The translations under genes and the position numbers were made by a program. Shown in pieces: positions 19,052-28,032 of a stretch of DNA of 39,411 bases. Numbering within the stretch: the first letter of the stretch is position 1; the number at the start of each line of letters is the position of its first letter. The notes under the pieces were generated by a model. It saw nothing but the letters and a program-made list of their open reading frames with translations, was not told the DNA's origin and searched no databases. Origin of the DNA: a virus (taxonomy: Duplodnaviria; Caudoviricetes); IMG/VR virus record IMGVR_UViG_3300027994_000010, positions 1 to 39,411 of that record. One strand, given 5' to 3'.

Positions 19052-19230
19052 TTTAAATCTTCTATTTTATAGTCGATTAGTTTATTGTCTATAATTACTT
19101 CTGTAATTTTAAAACCATCACTTCTGGACTCAATGAGATATATGGGCTTTGATTCAGAAAGTAAATTAATTAGTCTTTTATATTCTTCGCTTTCTTCATT
19201 ATCTGCATTAAATGTTATGTTGTGTGACAT
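19048..19230 (-). CDS. AT-rich small hypothetical protein (moron)
   Basis: 60 aa, fills the gap, ATGA overlap, visibly lower GC than flanks. Confidence 0.55.
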   Translation of the reverse strand: MSHNITFNADNEESEEYKRLINLLSESKPIYLIESRSDGFKITEVIIDNKLIDYKIEDLK

Positions 19231-19234
19231 CTTT

Positions 19235-19741
19235 TTATACCGTTTTTTGAAAGTTAACCGTTAATCTATATCCTGAATAAGCCTTACTTGTGTAATTGAT
19301 AACCTGCTGTGCGCTCCATTGAGTAACGCGGTACTGCATTCCGATAATGTCGCAGAAATCAATGTTCATATCACAGCTTATGCATTCTTCCAGTCGGCTA
19401 AGTATTGTATCCCACTTTGATTCGGTTGTGGGATGGTTCTTTATTTCGTTGAAATTGTTGGTGCCAATATCGCTTGGGAGCAAAAAGAGCAATTGGAATC
19501 CGTGATTGCATACTGCATTTGTTCGTAATGATGTGCGGCTATCGTAAGTATTCGTTGTGCTGAACGGGGTAATCTTGTCCCTTACCAGCAATACCTGAAC
19601 ACAGCACTCTTTACCAATTGTTGGCGTATAGGTTTCGACTGCGCTTTCAATGAGTGGCGCGCCGAACTCCCAACACAATCCGCATTTGTTTTCTGTGTTC
19701 CATTTGGTTACTTGGTCTTGCCAGAAGCTAATTAAATTCAA
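19235..19741 (-). CDS. Putative tail terminator/head-tail joining protein
   Basis: 168 aa with C-terminal SGYRLTVNF strand; synteny; start codon TTG. Confidence 0.4.
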   Translation of the reverse strand: MNLISFWQDQVTKWNTENKCGLCWEFGAPLIESAVETYTPTIGKECCVQVLLVRDKITPFSTTNTYDSRTSLRTNAVCNHGFQLLFLLPSDIGTNNFNEIKNHPTTESKWDTILSRLEECISCDMNIDFCDIIGMQYRVTQWSAQQVINYTSKAYSGYRLTVNFQKTV

Positions 19742-19743
19742 TC

Positions 19744-20289
19744 TTATTTTTGTTTTGGTTTACTTTTCGCCTTAGCGTATTTCTTTTCAATCCTGTTCTC
19801 AATAATGCTCTTTAACTGCTTGTCGAATACCTGATGGTAACGCAACTGCTTAATTGCCTCCCACTTCAATATATCGCCTCCTGCCAATTGGTCAATCGTG
19901 TTCAAGTCCCCAAAAACATTCATCTCATGTATTCCAGCTGCATTCAAATCAGCATCCGGTTCCGAGTTAAGATTGTCGGCTTCCAGTTTATTGATTGCCT
20001 CCAGTTCATCCTTTATCCAGAATATGAAATGCAATATATCATTGGGCTCAATCCTATCCACATCGCATGAGAATATATTTATTCCCCTGTCCCTGAATAT
20101 CTCCAGTACTAATTTTTCAAAGTTACCAATTTTTATCAATTCAGGTAATGTTTCCTTTAAAAATTTCCAACTGCATAATGTAAGGCTCTCGAAATCGTGC
20201 CCGTCAAGCATGCTGGAACGCTTCCCGTTCTTTAAAAGGAACTGGAAACTTTCTTCCGATAATCTTGCGAGTGCAGTGTTGAATCCCAT
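19744..20289 (-). CDS. Hypothetical morphogenesis protein (possible tail assembly chaperone)
   Basis: AAGI...FG...TIDQLAGGDILKW motif; coupled to terL. Confidence 0.45.
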   Translation of the reverse strand: MGFNTALARLSEESFQFLLKNGKRSSMLDGHDFESLTLCSWKFLKETLPELIKIGNFEKLVLEIFRDRGINIFSCDVDRIEPNDILHFIFWIKDELEAINKLEADNLNSEPDADLNAAGIHEMNVFGDLNTIDQLAGGDILKWEAIKQLRYHQVFDKQLKSIIENRIEKKYAKAKSKPKQK

Positions 20290-21581
20290 TATTTGCGGTA
20301 TTGGTCTTTGAATCCTGAGCGTGATGATGAGCGTAATGTTGTGACTGGATTCAGTTCAAAGTACATTCTCATTATGAATGCATCCAGTTTATCAGGCGAA
20401 TGACCAATCAATTCTTTTACCTTAGCTTTTGGCAACAATTGTATTTTACCATCATCGTCCAATTTGTAAGATTGCAAACATTCAAATTCCTTTATGAACT
20501 CCGATTTAGGCAAGTCCAAATCGATCCATATATCACCCTTGTTTATTTTCTCTGCCAACTTATAACCGCATTCGGATTTAAGATTTTTGTATCGCTGGTC
20601 AACCTTTGGCTTGCCTCCGTTGTTGAATGGCTTTGCGCCTTGAAGATACCCCCGAAGGAACGAACCCAGACCATCCGCATCATAAGCGATATTGCCGCGT
20701 TTTACAGAATGTTTTTCTGCTGTGGTCTTTAGTAGCGTTTCAACCTCATTCGCCTCGCATTTGTCAACCTCAATATAATCAATAACCTTCATACCGTCCC
20801 ATACAAGCACGATAAATTTATCAGAACCGTGCAATGCAATATCTGCGGTAATGTATTTGTCTCCAGTTATGGCATGTGTATTTGTCCAAAGGCTCTGTAT
20901 GTTATCGAACGAACACATCTGGTCATCAGTCTCCATTTCCTCGGCAAGATACAGTTGATTGAATACCCGCTTGGGTAAATCCCTTTGCGCCTGCAATATT
21001 TCTTCCTCTGGCAATATTCCCTCACGAACCGCATCCCATGCAGTTATCTTGAAATAAGCGTACTGCGGATCGGTCTTTGCTTTTTCTTTCAGTTGGTGCA
21101 TCCAATTGGCAACTCCGCCAAAGTTTCCTATTAGTTTCATTAACCCTCCTGTGGCGGTTATAGTGGAGCGAAGCGCATAGAATGCCTCAACTTTTGCGCG
21201 TGGTGCTTCATCAAACACCACACTGTAAACATCCTCACCAAAAAGATTGTCTGGATTGTCCGCGCTCTTGAAATGCATTATCGCGCCGTTTGGGCATGTA
21301 ATGGTCATTGAGGATTCATTGATCTTGTAAACGCCCGTCTTTCCAAGTTTAGCCCGAAGCCTGTTGAATGCAATCTTTGCCTGTGAATAAACAGGCGCTA
21401 CCCACCAATGATTAAACCCTGCTTTATTCCAATCCTCATGCGACCTTTCGAATATCCACCAGATATGCGAAAAAGTCTTGCCAATCTTGGTTGATGCCTC
21501 TGTAAACGTGAAACGACTTCCATTGTAAAGAAAGTCGTTTTGATATGAGGTAAGTTTTGGTTTAGTAATAAGTAGCTGCAT
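20289..21581 (-). CDS. terL: Terminase large subunit
   Basis: YQ motif, Walker A-like ASTKIGKT, WWVAP, Walker B VVFDEA, nuclease YITADIA and HSPDKLDA. Confidence 0.9.
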   Translation of the reverse strand: MQLLITKPKLTSYQNDFLYNGSRFTFTEASTKIGKTFSHIWWIFERSHEDWNKAGFNHWWVAPVYSQAKIAFNRLRAKLGKTGVYKINESSMTITCPNGAIMHFKSADNPDNLFGEDVYSVVFDEAPRAKVEAFYALRSTITATGGLMKLIGNFGGVANWMHQLKEKAKTDPQYAYFKITAWDAVREGILPEEEILQAQRDLPKRVFNQLYLAEEMETDDQMCSFDNIQSLWTNTHAITGDKYITADIALHGSDKFIVLVWDGMKVIDYIEVDKCEANEVETLLKTTAEKHSVKRGNIAYDADGLGSFLRGYLQGAKPFNNGGKPKVDQRYKNLKSECGYKLAEKINKGDIWIDLDLPKSEFIKEFECLQSYKLDDDGKIQLLPKAKVKELIGHSPDKLDAFIMRMYFELNPVTTLRSSSRSGFKDQYRK

Positions 21582-21997
21582 CAGTCAACGAATGATATTT
21601 CGATTGGATTATCTTTATCCCCCGAATGGATTATTTTCTCACCGTACTTTTCGGGTTGCATTTTACCAAGCATCCACTTACGAGAATCAATTCTTAATCG
21701 ACTTCTTTGTGCCGATTCTGGATTTACAACCTGATATTCTTCGTCTCCCTTCTTAATAGTCATGTAGTCGTTGGTTGAGTCATCGGCTATATCTAATATT
21801 TCCTCAAATATCTTTTCGGCTCTTTCCGTACATGCGCGCGCGTAACGTTTTCGCTTGTCCTCGTCTTCAATCCATTCGTAAAATGTTTTGGAACTAATAT
21901 GCTCGTCTTTCAAAGACTGCCTTAAAGAGAAACCATTAACAAGTTTATCTTCAATCAAATCGAAAAGCCTTTCTATATCCTCAATACTGTGAGCCAT
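21581..21997 (-). CDS. terS: Terminase small subunit
   Basis: G.SLR...TFYEW...YARA...EILDIADD...RSRLRIDSRKW.LGK..PEKYG signature. Confidence 0.85.
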   Translation of the reverse strand: MAHSIEDIERLFDLIEDKLVNGFSLRQSLKDEHISSKTFYEWIEDEDKRKRYARACTERAEKIFEEILDIADDSTNDYMTIKKGDEEYQVVNPESAQRSRLRIDSRKWMLGKMQPEKYGEKIIHSGDKDNPIEISFVD

Positions 21998-22002
21998 AAC
22001 CA

Positions 22003-22032
22003 CAAAAGTAATAAAAATTATTTAATGTGCAA
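22003..22032 (-). promoter_or_regulatory. Promoter for terS/structural operon
   Basis: TTG, 19 nt, TACTTTTG, ending 5 nt before ATG 21997. Confidence 0.6.
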
Positions 22033-22038
22033 CAATCA

Positions 22039-22410
22039 CTATACAGAAAGTTTCTTAATAACTATGTGGTCAAAATCTTTAGTCTGTTGAATGTAAATCT
22101 TTAATTTCTGTTTTGATTCGTCCGAAGCCCAAATTTCTGAAATAAACGCCACCTCACAAACCATTCCTTTCCGTTGTTCACTCCACGGTTGACTTCTACC
22201 GTCACCGCCTAGAATAAATTCATAAGTGCTATTACGGGTTTTTGATCGTATGAATTTGCCAGCTCCGCTTTCAAAATCCTTTATCAAATCCGATGCGCTT
22301 GCTTCTTGTTTGGTCTTGAGCATTATTATTTCAGTTTTCAGAGACTCTAAATTCAATCTGTCAGATTCAAACCGTTGTTCTTTTTGTTTAATTGTTTCTT
22401 GTAAAGTCAT
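22039..22410 (-). CDS. Hypothetical protein
   Basis: 123-aa ORF, co-oriented, A-rich upstream region. Confidence 0.6.
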   Translation of the reverse strand: MTLQETIKQKEQRFESDRLNLESLKTEIIMLKTKQEASASDLIKDFESGAGKFIRSKTRNSTYEFILGGDGRSQPWSEQRKGMVCEVAFISEIWASDESKQKLKIYIQQTKDFDHIVIKKLSV

Positions 22411-22510
22411 TTTAATCGTTTTTAAGGCATTATTTTTTATTTTTTGTAACTACTATCGTTTTGGTTGTGTTTGTTTGTTAGATGGTAAAATAAATACATC
22501 TCGTAGGGTT

Positions 22511-23158
22511 TTAGAATAGTTTGGTCTGACTAATATGATTCTTTATTCGTTTTATTGCGGCGTTGTAGTAGTCGGTATCGAGTTCGCAGGCGGTTAGATT
22601 AACGCCGTAATCGTGGCAAGAAATAGCGATTGAACCGCTTCCAAGGTGGGTGTCTAAAACTTTTGAATCTTGCTTGGTGTACCTTTCCAAAATCCACCTA
22701 TAAAGTTGGGTTGGTTTTTGAGTTGGGTGTATCTTTCCAAAATCATCTTTATTCAATTCTTGAACTCGTTTTAGATTCATGATCCTGACGTTGTCAAACT
22801 GACTACCCCAAGCCATCTCTGCATCGGCAAAACACCTATCTGGATTTTTTTTATCCCAAATCAGCCAATGCTTTGAGTTTGCAAAAGGAATCGATTCAAT
22901 AAAATGGTTCGCCCCCCAAATAATTTGATTTTTGCTAACTCTCCTCAACTCTATAAAATAACTTTCCTCTGGTGCTGAGTTATCCCAACCATATTCTTTA
23001 TCTTGAAATTGTTTCCTTGATTTTCTATTTGTCCCTTGCTCTGCATTAATTCCATACGGCGGATCTACAATAGCCAAATCAAAATAATTATCAGGGTAAC
23101 GGCTCATAAGAGACATATTGCACTCGTTGGTAATGGTAATTTTATCTGTTATGTTCAT
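22511..23158 (-). CDS. Orphan N6-adenine/N4-cytosine DNA methyltransferase (beta class)
   Basis: IVDPPY, HPTQKP, LDTHLGSGS in beta-class order. Confidence 0.9.
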   Translation of the reverse strand: MNITDKITITNECNMSLMSRYPDNYFDLAIVDPPYGINAEQGTNRKSRKQFQDKEYGWDNSAPEESYFIELRRVSKNQIIWGANHFIESIPFANSKHWLIWDKKNPDRCFADAEMAWGSQFDNVRIMNLKRVQELNKDDFGKIHPTQKPTQLYRWILERYTKQDSKVLDTHLGSGSIAISCHDYGVNLTACELDTDYYNAAIKRIKNHISQTKLF

Positions 23159-23517
23159 AAGTATTCAGGATTATGTAGTTGTTTAGTTGTTTCTGGTGTC
23201 ATTGGTCTGACAAAAATTTGATTTTTAAAAGCCCTTATACATTCCTGCCGCATTCCGAAACTTATCCTATCGCCATACAGTCTAACCTCGTCAACAATAT
23301 TCCTGTCTAAAACTTCCAATCCGTTTTTAATACCCCGTTCGCGTTCTTCTGGAATGGTATCGTCTAACGCGTACAGGTCAGATAAGTATGGAACGAACGG
23401 AACAACGTTAGGCTCGTTTAAATTAATTTCCCTGCATATCGCAATGACCTTGTCGATATTGTTTTTTACGTCGCCTCCAATGGGATGCGCTATGTATGCT
23501 ATTGTCATTTTTTTCAT
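23155..23517 (-). CDS. DUF4406/nucleoside-deoxyribosyltransferase-like protein
   Basis: AYIAHP.GG...DEVRLYGDRISFGMRQE motif. Confidence 0.65.
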   Translation of the reverse strand: MKKMTIAYIAHPIGGDVKNNIDKVIAICREINLNEPNVVPFVPYLSDLYALDDTIPEERERGIKNGLEVLDRNIVDEVRLYGDRISFGMRQECIRAFKNQIFVRPMTPETTKQLHNPEYL

Positions 23518-23520
23518 ATT

Positions 23521-23733
23521 CTATTTTTTAATTGGTTCAACACTAAACGGCATATACAACGCCCTAGCCTCATTATACGGAACATCCTCGAAACTTCCGT
23601 CGTGCAGGTAACGGATGCGGACTGAGTTGGTGGATATGCCTGATACGTAGCAGTCCTTTCCGTTTAGGGTGTGTATTACTGCGTTCGTTGGGACTTCGTA
23701 AATACCGTGCATTCGGGTTCCAGCTTTAGACAT
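23521..23733 (-). CDS. Hypothetical protein (start corrected)
   Basis: ATG 23733 overlaps the upstream stop; the track start is deep within the upstream gene. Confidence 0.45.
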   Translation of the reverse strand: MSKAGTRMHGIYEVPTNAVIHTLNGKDCYVSGISTNSVRIRYLHDGSFEDVPYNEARALYMPFSVEPIKK

Positions 23734-24028
23734 TGTGCGGCATTTTACGTCCGCAACCAATGCAGAATTTATTGTAATAGCAATTCTTTCTTTCGAAATC
23801 TGAACAGTCAACGAATTCTGGGTGTTGCTCTCGGTTCTCGGTGAATTTAATGACGCCAATGGATTCTAGGTGAAGGACGTACATTGCCAAGTATTCCTCA
23901 AGTTCCCCTACAGTTAAAATAACATTTTCACTTTTTATAAAAATAAATGCATTGGATTGCAAATCTTTGTTTGCTTCTGTTTCAACGAACTCCCTCGCCC
24001 GTTGCTTGTCTTTTTCTTGGATTTTCAT
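23726..24028 (-). CDS. Hypothetical protein with C-terminal Cys cluster
   Basis: ATGA coupling; C...C...CIGCG. Confidence 0.55.
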   Translation of the reverse strand: MKIQEKDKQRAREFVETEANKDLQSNAFIFIKSENVILTVGELEEYLAMYVLHLESIGVIKFTENREQHPEFVDCSDFERKNCYYNKFCIGCGRKMPHNV

Positions 24029-24624
24029 AAGTGGTAATTTTTAAGTTGTGATTCAGTTAACTGCATAATCGATAAATCTTTAATGAATTGCACCGTCTTA
24101 GATGCGTGGCTGATTATTATGAACTCAACACCTTTAGCCGAAGTGTGTATAGTTCTTTGCTCTGCTATAAATTTACGGTAATCCTCAATGAACCCGTCGT
24201 AATCTTTAGCTATCCAATATAACCCCCCTGCCGATTCTATTGCCTGTTGGTATTTCTTCTGGTCTGCCGATTGCCTGTCCTTTCCAATTTTGACCTCAAT
24301 CTTTACCGACTTTCCGAATATGGTTGCTGATATGTCCGCACTTCCATTAGTTCCGGTGCCAGGGATATATTTAGTGCTGCCGACCGTCCTAGCCCTGCCG
24401 ATTACGTCAGTGGTTGCCTTTCGGTTGTCAACCTGCCTGCCTGTTGTCGATATACGCTCGGATTGGTGTCCGCAGTAATTTAGGAAGTCTTTGATGCACT
24501 TGGTCAGTCCGTTGGCGGTTGTGTCAGTGTACTTTGGCTCAGGTAAATAAGGAAAAGTTGGATAACGTGTCCTGAGTTCGTCAAGGTGAAGTTTATTCAA
24601 TGTGGCTTTATTCAGTTTAAGCAT
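24025..24624 (-). CDS. VRR-NUC-like PD-(D/E)XK nuclease / Holliday junction resolvase
   Basis: GSADI...KIEVK.GKDRQS..QKKYQ...AGGLY motif. Confidence 0.75.
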   Translation of the reverse strand: MLKLNKATLNKLHLDELRTRYPTFPYLPEPKYTDTTANGLTKCIKDFLNYCGHQSERISTTGRQVDNRKATTDVIGRARTVGSTKYIPGTGTNGSADISATIFGKSVKIEVKIGKDRQSADQKKYQQAIESAGGLYWIAKDYDGFIEDYRKFIAEQRTIHTSAKGVEFIIISHASKTVQFIKDLSIMQLTESQLKNYHL

Positions 24625-24749
24625 ATCGTGAATAATTTAGATCTTTTAATAAATAGTTCCTCCAATTCGAAATACAACTGCATCGTTATGTGTCCGTCGA
24701 TGAATTGTTGGGTGTAATAGTCGTGTTTTCGTTGGAGTAGGTTGTACAT
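24612..24749 (-). CDS. Small hypothetical protein (45 aa; not in track)
   Basis: MYNLLQRKHDYYTQQFIDGHIT... open frame between the origin and the nuclease gene. Confidence 0.45.
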   Translation of the reverse strand: MYNLLQRKHDYYTQQFIDGHITMQLYFELEELFIKRSKLFTICLN

Positions 24750-24936
24750 TTGACACTTTTTATACACTAATTTGACACTTTTTATACACTTTTTGCCTCG
24801 TTAGCCCTTATTAATACTATATATTTTACATATTATACATATAATATAATATAATATATAAAAATAACCCTTTTTTAATTCATTTAAAGAGCTGGTGTCA
24901 AAAGTGTCAAATTATACACTTTTTTATACACTTTTG
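24748..24936. repeat. Putative replication origin: iteron-like repeats flanking an AT-rich core
   Basis: ATTTGACACTTTTTATACACT at 24748 and 24770; inverted GTGTCAAA at 24895 and 24904; TATACACTTTT at about 24913 and 24925; near-pure A/T at 24810-24860. Confidence 0.7.
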
Positions 24937-24970
24937 AATACAAAGTATTGATTTTGTTGTATTTGCGTTT

Positions 24971-26278
24971 TTATTTTTTGTCAAATTCAGACTTCCAATT
25001 ATACAGTGTTGCCCTAGTAACGTCCAATAGGTCGGCTATCTTCTTATAGTTCAACTTGGTTCCGCTATCGTACATCACTTTGAATTTATCCTTTGGCGTA
25101 GATTCTTTGTTTGTGGCGATAATTGATTGTATGGATTTGGTTTCTTTTGCCTCAACTTTTACTTTCTTGGCTTGAGAAATAAAATATTTGCTCAACTCCC
25201 AAGCGTGCAAAACAGTTTGTCTGGTTATTGGTATTGAGGTGTCGATTTTGTCAGGATTATGAAGCAGGTGTATTATTAAGCAGAAACGCGGTATATATGA
25301 TTTTTGCTTTGGAAGAACCGACTTCATATACTCATTTTCTTCATCGGAGTTCTGCATTATCGTAATTTCGTTATATATTTTTTGCCATTCTGCATCAGCT
25401 TCTTTATCCATCTTGAATACGTTCGGCACTATCTCAAAATCATCGCTGTAACTTATCGCATATTTTACGTTACGGGCAAATGATTTTACGAAATCATCAT
25501 ACCAAATAATACCATCGTGATCCATTTCGTTGACATTGTAAAGGTCAATTGATATTTCAGGGCAGCAAAGCAATATACGGTCAAGAAATCCATTTGATTT
25601 GTTTTCCTCTGTACTGAAGCTTTCTAAGATTGCGGGTTGTACACCCCCTAATATCGGAACAAAAGGTTTAGGCAAAAATGAATCCCCGCTTTTTCGGTTC
25701 ATGGAAACAGCCTTGCCGCTCCATGTGGAAAGCCAAAACGGCAAGTCCGAACCGTTGCTGTAACGCGACATGTTCTTTACCCATCCGTCAAGCTCCTCGC
25801 GAAACATTCCAATTGCGTTTTTATTGTTGCTGTGTAGTTGAACCAACGCCTCAATAGTAATGTCGTTTACGATGAATTGTTCAGGTCTTGGTTTTACCAT
25901 CGTTCCTGATTCATCGTTTTTATATGCATCCATTTCTTTACGGTAACGTGAAATCATGTCCGAGTTAATTATTTCAAACGGACGTATCGCCATCGCTATA
26001 CTTGGTGTTTTTCCTACGCCTGCAGAACCTACGCATGCAACCCAAATACTGCAGAACTCCCGCCACCCATTTTTAACCTGTATGGCGCATGAATTACCGA
26101 CCACCGAAGACACGCCCCAAAGAAGCGAAGCGGACATATAATCTATATTACTGTCAAGTGTTTCGTTACATTGCAGTATATAAGTTTGTATCGGTTTTGG
26201 AAATATCTCAATCGGGAACTCTGATTTTTTATTCGATTCCTCTTTTGCAAGTTCAGACATTTGTTGTTTAATACTCAT
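24971..26278 (-). CDS. DUF3987/YfjI-like P-loop ATPase (replicative helicase candidate) with C-terminal HTH
   Basis: FPIEIFP, GSAGVGKT, DITIEAL, REELDG, GGVQP, NGFLDR; C-terminal IADLLDVTRATLYNWK. Confidence 0.8.
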   Translation of the reverse strand: MSIKQQMSELAKEESNKKSEFPIEIFPKPIQTYILQCNETLDSNIDYMSASLLWGVSSVVGNSCAIQVKNGWREFCSIWVACVGSAGVGKTPSIAMAIRPFEIINSDMISRYRKEMDAYKNDESGTMVKPRPEQFIVNDITIEALVQLHSNNKNAIGMFREELDGWVKNMSRYSNGSDLPFWLSTWSGKAVSMNRKSGDSFLPKPFVPILGGVQPAILESFSTEENKSNGFLDRILLCCPEISIDLYNVNEMDHDGIIWYDDFVKSFARNVKYAISYSDDFEIVPNVFKMDKEADAEWQKIYNEITIMQNSDEENEYMKSVLPKQKSYIPRFCLIIHLLHNPDKIDTSIPITRQTVLHAWELSKYFISQAKKVKVEAKETKSIQSIIATNKESTPKDKFKVMYDSGTKLNYKKIADLLDVTRATLYNWKSEFDKK

Positions 26279-27126
26279 AACCTTAAATAATTATCAGCAA
26301 TGTCTTCCCCTAACTCACAATCTGAGTTTTCTAAAAAGTCATTTATTGTTAGATTAAAACCCTGTTCAGTCAATTTTATTGCGGTTGCGTTCCATTCGTG
26401 ATAACACCCTTTGTCGGGAAAACCTATAATTTTACGAAGTTTCAATGGAGCAAGGTATTCGAGTTTGAAACCACTTTTAGACCCGGTAGCCAACCAAAGG
26501 AAATCAGGCTCAAAAACCGACATAAGCACTGCAGTCTTTTCGCTTTCGACCAATGCAATCGTCTTGGTTCGTATTTCTTTCGTAAGGTGCAATCCGAAAA
26601 TACATTGCTTTAAATTAAATTCTGGTATTTTCATTGCAGAATGAATCCAATTTATATGGGCTTTACCATTTGCATCTTTTACCCTTTTTCCTGTTGTCGG
26701 ATTATAAGCCATTATTTTACCTGAGCGCACTCGCTCAAGTTGGTCAATCTGCCAAAATATTGTGTTGCCGTTTCCGTAATCCGAAATAAAGTAATCGGAA
26801 TATGCTTTTGCCAATTGTTCTGCAGTAAATATCGTTGATAGGAATTTAGAAAAATTATCCTGTTTTTTGTTTAGGTAAAAACTCTCCAGTACTTCCAATT
26901 GGATGTAAGATGTTTGCTTTTTATTTGCCTCTGCTTTATCAACTACAACAACCTCGTTAGATTCAGGTTTTCTGAAATAACCGCAGTTTTGTTCACGGTC
27001 GCAGCGTCCAAATTCTTCCGAGTAATATTCTTTTGTTTCTACATCAATGAATTTTACGAAAGTCTTTTTACTGCAGTTCGGGCAGTTGAATTTTTTGCTT
27101 GATTTGTCGAGTTGAAACTTAAGCAT
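26275..27126 (-). CDS. Zn-finger/TOPRIM primase-like protein (DUF6371-like)
   Basis: CPNC...GRCDREQNCGY, FWQID...GKIM.Y, LVESEKTA, WLATG, FPD, DIAD. Confidence 0.75.
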   Translation of the reverse strand: MLKFQLDKSSKKFNCPNCSKKTFVKFIDVETKEYYSEEFGRCDREQNCGYFRKPESNEVVVVDKAEANKKQTSYIQLEVLESFYLNKKQDNFSKFLSTIFTAEQLAKAYSDYFISDYGNGNTIFWQIDQLERVRSGKIMAYNPTTGKRVKDANGKAHINWIHSAMKIPEFNLKQCIFGLHLTKEIRTKTIALVESEKTAVLMSVFEPDFLWLATGSKSGFKLEYLAPLKLRKIIGFPDKGCYHEWNATAIKLTEQGFNLTINDFLENSDCELGEDIADNYLRL

Positions 27127-27407
27127 CAGAAAGGGAGTTTGTGTCCTACAACCGAAACAGAAACATCGTATTCATTATAAAAATCCCATGCGTGAACGAA
27201 AGCCCTGAATGTGTTACCGTTTCCGTCTTCTTCATATATCCTTACAGTAAGTGCGCCTTTATGGTCTTCAACTGAAAGTATGTTTAGTATTTCTAAATTA
27301 CAAAGTCTCAATACAGCCATATTAACTGTGTGAATAAGTCTTTCTTTTCTGCTAGGCTCTGATTGATTATAAATTAATTCAATCGGGTGTTTGATAAATA
27401 TTTCCAT
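27126..27407 (-). CDS. Hypothetical protein
   Basis: 93 aa, DHKG.L.V motif, TGATG coupling. Confidence 0.6.
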   Translation of the reverse strand: MEIFIKHPIELIYNQSEPSRKERLIHTVNMAVLRLCNLEILNILSVEDHKGALTVRIYEEDGNGNTFRAFVHAWDFYNEYDVSVSVVGHKLPF

Positions 27408-27522
27408 AAAAAAAAGGAAGCCTGTACGCGGCTCTCGACTTCCGAATACAGGCTTTTATTCCTTTAAGTTGTTACTTGTCGAGAGTGTAACGAAATTACA
27501 ATAAAAAATTTAATATACCAAA
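27408..27522 (-). promoter_or_regulatory. Promoter plus kissing-loop/pseudoknot leader, copy 2
   Basis: TTTG, 20 nt, TAATTTCG; loop CTCTCGAC (27485-27478) complementary to GTCGAGAG in the loop of AAGCCTGTA/TACAGGCTT; T8 tract. Confidence 0.65.
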
Positions 27523-27528
27523 CTTATT

Positions 27529-27693
27529 TCAACAAATCTCCACCACCCAAAACCCATTTTGCCAAAGCCACATATTAGCAACCATCAACCACCAATCCAA
27601 TTTATTCGAATTAAAAGCGTAGTCCGAAAATTCGCGCCCATTACAAAGTATGTAATAGATTTCTATGGTTTGGATTTTTGATTGGATGTCCAC
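27529..27693 (-). CDS. Small Trp-rich hypothetical protein (54 aa; not in track)
   Basis: GTG directly after the upstream stop; open frame ending at the promoter. Confidence 0.35.
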   Translation of the reverse strand: MDIQSKIQTIEIYYILCNGREFSDYAFNSNKLDWWLMVANMWLWQNGFWVVEIC

Positions 27694-28032
27694 TTAGTCA
27701 AATGGGTTGTAAAAGTTTGGTCGTATTGTTTCGGGCATGCAATGGTTACGATTTCCTGTTCCTCCAAGTCGTTCAATTACTTCGCTTCTTGCTGCAAGCG
27801 ACTGGCTGCGTTGGGTGTTGATGTGCTGAACGGGTTCTTCATTCGGGTCGGTTCGTAATGATTCTGCAATCGCGTAAACCTCGAAACGTTTGTAATGTAT
27901 AAACATACCGATTTGCTCACCGACTATTCCGCGTCTTTTTGCTCGTTTGGTTACGGCGTTATCAGACAACCCGCAAAGTATCGCTACGTCACGGGTTGAT
28001 ATGAATTGGTTGATTCCGAGTTTAAGAGTCAT
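27694..28032 (-). CDS. Putative HTH DNA-binding protein
   Basis: [23 protein letters not shown] excisionase/MerR-like HTH. Confidence 0.5.
   Translation of the reverse strand: MTLKLGINQFISTRDVAILCGLSDNAVTKRAKRRGIVGEQIGMFIHYKRFEVYAIAESLRTDPNEEPVQHINTQRSQSLAARSEVIERLGGTGNRNHCMPETIRPNFYNPFD

Noticed and set aside
22511-24624. Methyltransferase plus nuclease as a restriction-modification system
   Set aside because: Not adjacent; the nuclease has VRR-NUC/resolvase motifs; orphan MTases are routine in phages.
24748-24936. Repeats as a CRISPR array
   Set aside because: No regular repeat-spacer structure and no cas genes; fits iterons better.
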